DNA of 64,000 bases from NCBI GenBank assembly GCA_016706845.1, contig JADJIV010000004.1, positions 47,727-111,726 of the forward strand. Direction: 5' to 3'. Each line of letters begins with the position of its first letter. Within the stretch, counting starts at the first letter, position 1. The translations under genes and the position numbers were made by a program. Source of the DNA: a bacterium (GTDB lineage Bacteria; Krumholzibacteriota; Krumholzibacteriia; LZORAL124-64-63). The notes under the pieces are model-generated. The model had not been told where the DNA came from, did not search any database, and saw nothing but the letters and a program-made list of their open reading frames with translations. Shown one piece after another: positions 36,488 through 45,684 of this stretch.

Positions 36488-37742
36488 TCAGGAAACCGGC
36501 GCCCGTCGCAGGGGCATCGTCATGCAGCGCGGCCCGCCGCCCCCGCGCGGGAGCTCGGAGCCCGGCAGGACGATCGCACAACGGCGGTAGCCCGCGGGAT
36601 CGACGCGCCCTTCGGCCACGTCGCGGGCCTCGACGCACGGCGAAGCCGTGGCGGTCCAGTTCCTCGACGGTGTGGACGTTGCGCGCGTAGACGATCACGC
36701 GTCCCGGCGCCAGCGCGAAGCTGTTGGTGCCGGAGTGCCACTGCTCGCGCTCCTGCAGCCAGGGGTCGGTGTGGCCGCCGCAGGCCACCGGCTCGAGGTC
36801 CAGCCCCAGCCCGCGCAGGCAGTCCAGCAGGTGCTCGTCCTCGCGGATCGAGACGACGCGCCCCCCCTCGACGCGCAGGTGCACCGTGCGCAGGCGCGAC
36901 GGTCCCGTGATCACGGGTTCGTAGACCAGGCAGGCGTCGCGGTCCAGGATGGTGAAGACCATGTCGAGGTGGATGAACGACTCCGGCGCCGCCGGCAGCT
37001 CCTGCACCACGACGTCGAAGCGCCCGCGGGTCTCGCGCAGCCGTTCCACGACGAAGTCGACCGCCTGCGGCGAGGTGCGCTGGCCGAGGCCGAAGATCAG
37101 CAGGTCCTCGCGCGCGACCAGCACGTCGCCGCCCTCGAGCTTCAGGGAGGGGCCGGCCTGCGGGTCCGGCTCGACGGTGCGCGCGCGCAGCGCCGGGTGG
37201 CAGCGCAGCACCGCTTCGAGGATGACCGCCTCGCGCTCGCGCACCGCGCTGGCCATGCGGCCCACCAGGACGCGGTCGCCGACGGCGGCCGCCGCGTCGC
37301 GCATGAAGAACAGGTTGTGCAGCGGGCGCAGGGCGTGGCGCTCGTCGCTGAGGTGCTCGGTCAGCGAGGCCGGCTCCAGGGCGATGCCCTCCACGAGGCG
37401 CCGCGCCAGCTCGGCGGCGGGCAGCGCCGCCAGGGCCCCCTCCAGCCGGTCGACGCCCTCGCGCGCGCAGATGCGGCGCAGCAGCGCGGCGCGCGCCGTC
37501 TCGTCCCCGAGCACGTCCGCCAGCAGTTCGTCCACGTGCAGGACCCGCGCGCTGCGGGCCAGCACCCCTTCCAGCACGGCGTACTCCGCCGCGGCCTCCT
37601 GCAGATTGAGGATGTCGCTGTAGAGCGCCCGCTCGGCGTTCTGCGGCGTCATGTTCTCGATCTCGGGGCCCGGACGGTGCAGCAGCACCGCCTCCAGCCC
37701 GCCGATCTCGGAGTCCACCGCCACCTGGATCCTGTCGGTCAT
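36488..37742 (-). CDS. arcA: Arginine deiminase; one extra base near 36636
   Basis: SEIGGLEAVLLHRPGPE, NLFFMRD, LEGGDV, FIHLDMVFT, EQWHSGTN; the shifted frame gives GSELPRGGGGPRCMTMPL with the catalytic Cys. Confidence 0.88.
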
Positions 37743-37859
37743 CACGGTCTCCCTTCGGGTGGTGCCAGAGTAAGCCGGAGCCGCGTCACGGCAAATCGAA
37801 ATGCGGGGCGCCGGCCCACAGCGACCGGCGCCCCGCCTTCCCTCACCTGCCGGGAAAAT

Positions 37860-38414
37860 CTATCGGTAGAGTACCTTCACGCCGCCCCAGGTGGCGTTCT
37901 CATTGCCGACGTAGGTGCCGGCCTCGATGGCGGCGGTGTCGAGCCGCGCCTCGGGCCAGGCCAAGATCTCCATGTCGTCGTCCTGGCTGGCGACCAGGGC
38001 CAGACCGACCTGGACGGGCCCGTCCAGCAGGAACGCCCAGTTCGCCACGGCGTTGCCGCCGATGGTCAAAAACGGCGTGCTGAGGTCGAAGGCGCCGGTC
38101 AGCGGCATCGCCACGGCCCACAGGAACCCACCTTGGGGGTCGGGCACGAACGCGACGAGTTCCGCAACCCAATCCACGAGATTGCCGTCGCCGTCGCGGC
38201 GCTGACCGTTGAAGGCCACGCCGGTCCAGTGGATCGACAGGTCGTCGATCGAGCCGACCTCGGGCGCGAGGGTGAAGGTGGTGGAGCGGGCGCTTTCCCC
38301 GAACCGCGCCACGTACTGGCCGTCGACCCCCGTCAGGGGGATGACCAGGGGGTCGGCCAGCGCGGGGACGGCGGCGATCAGGCAGAGCAGCAGCAGCAGG
38401 CGCAAGGTTGTCAT
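37860..38414 (-). CDS. Secreted hypothetical protein with short C-terminal tag
   Basis: GGGAG RBS; signal peptide MTTLRLLLLLCLIAAVPALA; ends VGNENATWGGVKVLYR-stop. Confidence 0.8.
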   Translation of the reverse strand: MTTLRLLLLLCLIAAVPALADPLVIPLTGVDGQYVARFGESARSTTFTLAPEVGSIDDLSIHWTGVAFNGQRRDGDGNLVDWVAELVAFVPDPQGGFLWAVAMPLTGAFDLSTPFLTIGGNAVANWAFLLDGPVQVGLALVASQDDDMEILAWPEARLDTAAIEAGTYVGNENATWGGVKVLYR

Positions 38415-38543
38415 GTCGGTCTCCCGGTTCGCGACGACTCGATGCCAACACCCTCGCCCGGCTCGCCGGCCGAATCCGGCGGCGAGGGGCGCGACCGGCT
38501 CATCCAGCCGGCCTCGATGTCAATAATTATACCATCGTCACAA

Positions 38544-40310
38544 TTATTGATCAATAGTGATTATTGCAATGAGGCTTTGGAGTTTTGCCATGCGGGGGAC
38601 GGGAGGCGGGAGGCGGTCCGCGTCGGCCAGCAAATCATGCAAGTGATTCCATGCCAATGGGATGTGAGTGCGGAAGGCCTTCTTGCCCTTGACGTTCGAG
38701 AGGAAGGCGAAGGCCCCGAGCGCCTGCATGACGCGCTGCAGGCCGGCCAGGGTGGCGTCCCGGTGCAGGTCGGTCGAACGGCTGGGGGCCGGCCCCCCGG
38801 CGACGGCGCTCGCCCGGGCGAACCGGTCCAGCAGCGCTGCGCGCAGGCCGTCGTCGAGATCGACGTAGGCGTCGCGCAGCAGGGACATCAGGTCGTAGGC
38901 CCAGGGCCCGAGCCGCATCCCCTGCACGTCGACCAGCCGGACGCGACCGTCGCGCCAGCCAGGATGTTGCGCGACTGGAAATCGCGGTGCATCAGCGCGC
39001 GCGGCTGCGCCGCCACGGCGTCGGCCAGCGCCGCGAACTCGGCGTCCAGGCCGGCGAGGTCCGCTTCGGGGACGCCGCGGTCCTCCCGCAGGAAGCGGCG
39101 GCGGAAGTAGGCGGTCTCGGCCAGCAGGTCCTCCCGCCCGAAGACGCGGTCGCAGGCCAGGGGGCAGGCGGCGCTGCGGGCGGTGCCGCGCGCCTGCAGC
39201 CCGGCCAGCAGGTCGACGACCGCGCCGTACAGGGCCGGGCGGTCGGCGCCGGGGGCGTGCGCGAGGCGGTGCAGCGAATCGTCGCCGAGATCCTCCATCA
39301 GGGCGGCGCCGTCCTCGCGGTCGGCGCCCAGGACGGCGGCGCCGCCGAGGTCCTCGGCGTGCAGGAAGGCGGCGACCGCGACCGAGCGGTCGAACTCGGG
39401 ATCGCGGGGGCGGTCCTTCATGAGCACGGCGCTCGCGCCGCCGCGGCGCAGGCGCCAGAAGCCGCGGTCGGAGCCTTCGGGCGCGAGGCGCGCGACTTCA
39501 GCGCCTTCCCAGCCGCCGGCCCGCACCACCGGCAGGGCCGCGACGGCGGCGGCGACGGCATCGGCGTCGGCGGGGTCGTCCAGTGCGAGCAGCGCTTCGA
39601 GGTAGCGTCCCGGCGTCCCGAGGTCGGACCAGCGCAGACCGGCCGGCGCAACGCCGCGCACCGCGCCGGGTTCGCACCCGATCCGGGACAGCAGCGCGTC
39701 GGCAAGCGAACCGGGACCGTCGGGCAGCCCGTCGAGGAAGCGCGCCGCGAGCACCGCGACGCCGGTGTAGGTCAGGGAGCGGTCGCCGTCGCGCGCCGGC
39801 GGCCCCGAGGCGGCCGCCGACGTCGCGCACGACGCCGTCGCCGCCCAGCCGCACGGAGTTGACCGGGGCCCAGTCGGCCAGCAGCAGGGTCGCCGCCGCG
39901 CCCGTCGCGAGGTGGTCCGCGACCAGGGCGCCGAGGTCGGTGTCGGCCTCTGCGGCGAGGTCGACGTCGCCGTTGTGCAGCAGGACGTGCGGCTCGCCGC
40001 GGAAGAACTCCCGCGCGTTCGCGATCCCGCCGGCGGTGCCCAGGATGTCCGGCTCGAGGAAGACGCGGATCTCGTCGAAGCCCGGCAGGGCGTGCGCCGC
40101 CCCCGCGACCAGCTGCGGCAGGTGGTGGGCGTTCACGGCGAGGCGCCGCGCGCCGGCGCCGTGCAGCCGCGCCGCGATCCGCGCCAGCAGCGTGCGGCCG
40201 CCGATCTGCACCAGGGGCTTGGGAGTCGTGTCGGTCAGGGGCCGCAGGCGGGTGCCGAGACCCGCGGCCAGGATCATCGCGCAGCGGACGCCGGGCGCGC
40301 GCTCAGCCAT
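38544..40310 (-). CDS. MurU-like nucleotidyltransferase fused to an AmgK-like anomeric sugar kinase; compensating indels near 39805 and 38960
   Basis: AMILAAGLGTRLRPLTDTTPKPL, ILGTAGGI, HNGD, WSDLGTP; in frame with GSDRGFWRL, LMEDLGD, LMHRDFQSRNI, DVQGMRLGPWAYDLMSLLRDAY. Confidence 0.8.
38545..38556. promoter_or_regulatory. Palindrome, possible operator
   Basis: Perfect TATTGATCAATA in the AT-rich island 38515-38590, upstream of the 38414 gene. Confidence 0.3.
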
Positions 40311-41481
40311 CGCCGCGCAGCTCCCTCAGCTCGTCCGCGAACCGCCGCAGCTCCGCGTCCCAGCCGGCGACGAGGTCGCGCGGGTCGGCGCCGGCCTCGA
40401 CGCCCTCGCGCAGGCCGGGGCCGCCGGCCAGGATGTCGATGGGCGGCTTGACCGTCTCGTACTCGTAGGGCGGCTCCTTCCAGCGGAACTCGTCCGGCCA
40501 CAGGGCGCGCGTCGCGCACAGCGCCGCCACCGCGGTCAGGACCGGCCGGAACGCGCGGCGGTCCACGACGTGCAGCTGCAGGCCCCCGCAGAGGCGGCCC
40601 CGGTGTTTCTGGAAGGTGGGCTCGAAGTGCAGCGGCCGCAGGCGCAGGCCGGGCAGGTCGTAGCCGGCGAGCCGGTCGGCGAGCCGCTCGGGCTCGATCC
40701 AGGGCGCGCCGAAGATCTCGAAGGGACGCGTCGTGCCCCTGCCCTCCGACAGCTCCGTGCCCTCGAGCAGGCACATGCCGGGGTAGACGGCCGCGGTGTC
40801 CAGCGTCGGCATGTTCGGAGACGGCAGGACCCAGGGCAGGCCGGTCTCGTCGAACCAGGCGCCGGGGTCCAGGCCGCGGCAGCCGACGACGTCGAGGTCG
40901 ACGTCCAGGCCGCGGCGGCGGCGGAAGAGCCGGGCCAGCTCGCCGACGGTCAGCCCGTGCCGCATGGGCAGCGGCTCGAGCCCGACGAAGGAGCGGTAGT
41001 CGGGGTCCAGGACGTTGCCCTCGCGGGCGTCGCCCAGCGGGTTCGGGCGGTCGAGCACCAGGACCGCCTTGCCCTGCTCGGCGCACGCCTCGAGGCACAG
41101 CAGCATGGTCCAGATGAAGGTGTAGTAGCGCGCGCCGACGTCCTGCAGGTCGATCACCAGCAGGTCGAGGTCCGCGAGCATCGCCGCGGTGGGCTTGCGG
41201 TGCTCGCCGTAGAGCGAGTAGGCCGGCAGGCCGGTGGCCGGATCGGCGAAACCGCGCCACTCGACCATGTTGTCCTGGGTCTCGCCGCGCAGCCCGTGCT
41301 GCGGGCCGAACAGGCAGCGCAGGTCCGCGCCGAGGGCCGCGCTCAGCAGGGGCGCGGCGTGGCGCAGCCGGCGGTCCACCGAGGCGGGGTGGCAGAGCAG
41401 GCCGACGCGCCGCCCGCGCAGCGGCGCGAAGTCGTGCTCGACCAGGACGTCGAGACCGGTCAGGATGGTGTTGCGGGACAT
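40303..41481 (-). CDS. namZ: Exo-beta-N-acetylmuramidase NamZ (DUF1343/YbbC)
   Basis: LFGPQHGLRG, YSLYG, DLQDVGARYYTF, VLDRPNP, RHGLTVGELA, WVLPSPNMPT, EGTELSEGRGTTRPFE. Confidence 0.9.
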   Translation of the reverse strand: MSRNTILTGLDVLVEHDFAPLRGRRVGLLCHPASVDRRLRHAAPLLSAALGADLRCLFGPQHGLRGETQDNMVEWRGFADPATGLPAYSLYGEHRKPTAAMLADLDLLVIDLQDVGARYYTFIWTMLLCLEACAEQGKAVLVLDRPNPLGDAREGNVLDPDYRSFVGLEPLPMRHGLTVGELARLFRRRRGLDVDLDVVGCRGLDPGAWFDETGLPWVLPSPNMPTLDTAAVYPGMCLLEGTELSEGRGTTRPFEIFGAPWIEPERLADRLAGYDLPGLRLRPLHFEPTFQKHRGRLCGGLQLHVVDRRAFRPVLTAVAALCATRALWPDEFRWKEPPYEYETVKPPIDILAGGPGLREGVEAGADPRDLVAGWDAELRRFADELRELRGDG

Positions 41482-41615
41482 GGCGCCGCCTCGGCTGGAG
41501 TTCGGCGCCAGTGTAGGCGGCGGCCGCGCAACTGTCGAGGCGCGGTTGCGTAACCACGCGATCGGCGCCGATGGCGCGGTCCGGCCCTTCCCTGCAGCGG
41601 CGAGAGGCGGCTCCC

Positions 41616-43750
41616 ATGCGCACCCCCCTGCTGCGGACCCTGTTCATCGTTGCGTTCTGCGGCGCCGCCGGCCTCGCCGCCGCCGCGGATCCCGTCACCG
41701 CTCCCGCGCCTCCCGTCGCCCGGGTCGAGCCCCACCTGTTCCAGGAATTCGGCGGCGAGCGCGTCGACGACTACTACTGGCTCAACCGGCGCGAGGATCC
41801 CGCGGTGATCGCCTACCTCGAGGCCGAGAACGCCTACGCCGAGGCGGTCATGGCGCCCACGGCCGCCCTGCAGGAGTCGCTCTTCGCCGAGATCACCGGA
41901 CGCATCAAGAAGGACGACGACACGGTCCCCTACCTCGACCGCGGGCACTGGTATCGCACACGCTATGCCGAGGGTCAGGAGTACCCCGTGTTCTGCCGCC
42001 GGGCGGACGCGCCGGGCGCGGTCGAGCAGGTGATGCTGGACGTGAACGTCCTGGCCGAGGGCCACGCCTTCTTCCAGGCCCGCAACACCGCGGTCAGCTC
42101 CGGCAACGGCGTGCTGGCCTGGGCCGACGACGCCGTCGGGCGCCGCCTCTACACGATCCGCTTCAAGGACCTGGCGACCGGCGCGATCCTGCCCGACGCC
42201 ATCCCCAACGCCAGCGGCAACCACGTCTGGGCCGAGGACGACCGCACCCTCTTCTACACCAAGAAGGACCCGGGCACCCTGCGCTCCTACCAGGTCTGGC
42301 GCCACACGCTGGGCGAGGACCCCGCCGGCGACGTCCTGGTCTACCAGGAGGACGACGAGACGTTCGCCGTCGGCGTCGGCAAGACGAAGTCGCGCCGGTA
42401 CGTGCTGATCGGCTGCTACCAGTCGGTGAGCACCGAGTACCGCTACGTGGCGGCCGACCGGCCGCGCGACGCCTTCCGGGTCTTCCAGCCCCGCGAGCGG
42501 GATCACGAGTACTCCATCGACCACCTGGGCGACACGTTCTTCGTGACCACCAACTGGCAGGCCCGCAATTTCCGGCTCATGACCGCCGCGCCGGGGGCCA
42601 CCGCCAAGGAGGACTGGCGCGAGCTGCTGCCGCACCGCGAGGACGCGCTGCTGCAGGGCGTCGAGCCGTTCCGCGACTGGCTGGTCGCGAGCGAGCGGCG
42701 CGACGGGCTGACCCGGCTGCGCGTGCGGGCCTGGCCCGGGGGCGACGGGGCCTGGGAGGACCTCGACTTCGGCGAGCCCGCCTACGTGGCCTACGTCGGC
42801 GTGAACCGCGAGGCCGGCACCGACCTGCTGCGCTTCGGCTACGAGTCCCCCACCACGCCCGCCTCGACCTACGACTACGACATGCGCACGCACCGCCGGA
42901 CCCTGCTGAAGCGGGACGAGGTCCTCGGCGGCTTCGACCCGGCCGACTACGCGTGCGAGCGCCTGGCGATCGGCGTCCGCGACGGCGCGCAGGTGCCCGT
43001 CACGCTGGTCTACCGGCGCGACTTCCCGCGCGACGGCACGCGCCCGCTGCTGCTCTACGGCTACGGCTCGTACGGCTCGAGCACCGACCCCGACTTCGAC
43101 CCGGCGCGGCTGAGCCTGCTGGACCGCGGCTTCTGCTACGCCATCGCGCACGTGCGCGGCGGCGACGAGCTGGGCCGCCGCTGGTACGAGGACGGCAAGC
43201 TGCTGAACAAGATGCACACCTTCGAGGACTTCATCGACTGCGGCCGCGGCCTGGTGGCGGCCGGCTACGCCGATCCGCGGCGGCTCTACGCCATGGGCGG
43301 CAGCGCCGGCGGCCTGCTCGTGGGCGCGGTGGTCAACCTGGCGCCCGACCTGTTCGCGGGCGTCGTGGCGCAGGTGCCGTTCGTCGACGTGGTCACCACC
43401 ATGCTCGACGAGTCGATCCCTTTGACCACCGCCGAGTACGACGAATGGGGCGACCCCCACGACGAGACGGCCTACCGCTGCATGCTGGCCTATTCGCCCT
43501 ACGACAACGTCGCGGCCGTGCCCCGTCCCCACCTGCTGGTCACCACGGGACTGCACGACTCCCAGGTGCAGTACTGGGAACCGGCGAAGTGGGTGGCCAA
43601 GCTGCGCCGGCTGAAGGCCGACGACCGCCGGCTGCTGCTGGTCACGAACATGGAGGCGGGCCACGGCGGCGCTTCGGGCCGCTTCCAGCGCCACCGCGAG
43701 ACGGCGCGGGAGTACGCCTTCCTGCTGGACCTGGCGGGGGAGCGCGGTAG
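41616..43750 (+). CDS. ptrB: Oligopeptidase B (S9A) with N-terminal signal peptide; stop probably at 43748-43750
   Basis: DDYYWL, YGYGSYG, HVRGG, GGSAGGLL (catalytic Ser), HDSQVQYWEPAKW, AGHGG. One more G in the run at 43736-43740 gives LAGGAR-stop just before the convergent gene. Confidence 0.92.
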
Positions 43751-43760
43751 GCGGGGCCCG

Positions 43761-45588
43761 TCAGCGGGGAACGGGGACGCGGGCCTCGGTCTCGACGCGG
43801 TTGCGGCCGCTGTTCTTGGCCCGGTAGAGGGCCCCGTCGGCGAGGCGGATCAGGTCCTCGGGCGTGTCGGCCGGACCCGGCAGCAGCGTGCCGCCGCCCA
43901 CGCTGACGGTCACCGGGACGCGGCGCCCGTCGACGACGAACACGAGGTCGCCCACGGCCCGGCGCAGGCGCTCGCCGAAGGCGGCCAGCTGGCCGGGGAT
44001 CGCGTCCGGGATGATCACCGCGAATTCTTCACCGCCGTAACGGGCCACGAAGTCGGTCGTGCGGCGGGCGGCGTGCCCGATCGTCTTCGCCACGGCCGTC
44101 AGGCAGTCGTCGCCGACCAGGTGCCCATAGGAGTCGTTGAAGTCCTTGAAGTGGTCGATGTCCACCATGAGCAGGGCGACCGGCCTGCTCTCGCGCAGCG
44201 CCCGGCCGAACTCCAGGTCCAGGCGCTCGTCGAACGCGCGGCGGTTGTAGCTGCCGGTCAAGCCGTCGATGTGGTTGCGCTGCTCCGACTCCTCGTTCGC
44301 CTGGGCCAGCATGCGCATCATGTTCTGCATCTCGGCCGTGCGCAGCTGGACCTCCTGCTTCAGGACGCGGTTGGCCTCCTGTTGCAGGCGCAGCACCTCG
44401 GCCTGCGCGGTCCGGCGCGCCGTCTTGTGCTCCTGATACCGCCCGGCCAGGGCGAGCGATAGCAGCGCCGACTCGGCCGCCAGCCCGAACAGGGGGCCGT
44501 TCTCGGTGATGAACGTGCGCGGCAGCAGGCCGAATTTGCTGGCGATCATCAGGAACATGCCGAGCAGGAACGTGAGCCAGGCCGCGATGAACCAGCGGAC
44601 GGACGGTCCCCCGTCGCGCCACTGCCGCAGCGCGCCCCAGGCGATGACGCCGGCGCCCAGCACGGCCGTCACCAGCACCGGTCGCATGACTTGCGTGTAG
44701 GGCAGCAGGCAGGCCGCGGCCAGGCAGGCCGCGCCGGCGTACATCCCTGCGCGGAAGAGCCGCGAACAGCGGCGCGAACGTTCGCGCAAGCCCAGCAGGT
44801 CGTGCGCAAAGATGAAGGCGCTGCCCGTGGCCGCGGCCACGAACACGGCCGGCGCCTTCTCCTGCAGCCACGGCCAGTACGGCCACAGGTACTGGTAGCC
44901 CAGCCCCTGCAGGCCGACCATCAGGCCGAGGAACGAACCCGTGTGCAAGACGAAGGCGAGGTGCACGCGCTCGCGCAGCACGACGAACAGGAACGCGTTG
45001 TAGAGGATGACCAGCACCATCGCGCCGTAGAAGAAACCGTAGAACGCGTAGCGGTCGGTTTCGGCCCGGAAGAACAGGTTCGCGTCCCACAGCGACAGGG
45101 GCACCTGCAGCGAGCTGCTCGAGCGCACGCGCAACAGGTAGACGGTCGGCTCGGCCGTCGACGCCGGCAGCGGGAACAGGAAATGCCGGTGCACGAGCGG
45201 GCGCCGGGCGAACGGTTCGCGATCGCCGGTCTTGCCTACAGCGACGGGCAAACCGTCCGCGACGGCGTACAGCTCGATCTCGTCGAGCAGGGGGGTAGGA
45301 GACCGCGAGCAGGGTCTCGGGCCTCTTCGCGCCTTCCGGCGCGATGCGGAAGGCCAGCCACTTCTCCTGGTCCGTGTAGCCGAAGTTCGGGATCCCGTCG
45401 GCCAGCTGCAGCCAGGCGCCGGATTCGGCGTCGTAAGCGAGCATGCCGCGGTCCATCTCGACGTGTTCGGTGCCGGTGCCGATCCGGAACGCGGCCGCGC
45501 CCCAATCGGCGGGCACGGGAGGCACGGCGGCGACGGCGGGCATCGTTAAAACCAGGATCAAACACAGCAGAGCGACACGAAACGACAT
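43761..45588 (-). CDS. Diguanylate cyclase with 7TMR-DISM extracellular and 7TM domains; one extra base in the run at 45290-45295
   Basis: PNFGYTDQEKWL and YPLLDEIELY (DISMED2); GFFYGAMVLVILYNAFLF (7TM); IDGLTGSYNRR, MVDIDHFKDFNDSYGH, RTTD-N5-GGEEF, ADGALYRAK. Confidence 0.9.
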
Positions 45589-45684
45589 TGTGGACCTGCT
45601 AACCGTTCGGGCTGACAGTCGATGCAGGCTGATTCAATGTCGTTATCGGTCCTAACGGGGCGGAGTTGAGCGGGATCCGCGTCG

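Noticed and set aside
41571-44462. 963-aa PtrB with a long C-terminal extension
   Set aside because: The extension is antisense to the GGDEF gene; one base in a G run restores a stop at 43748-43750 and a typical ~710-aa length.
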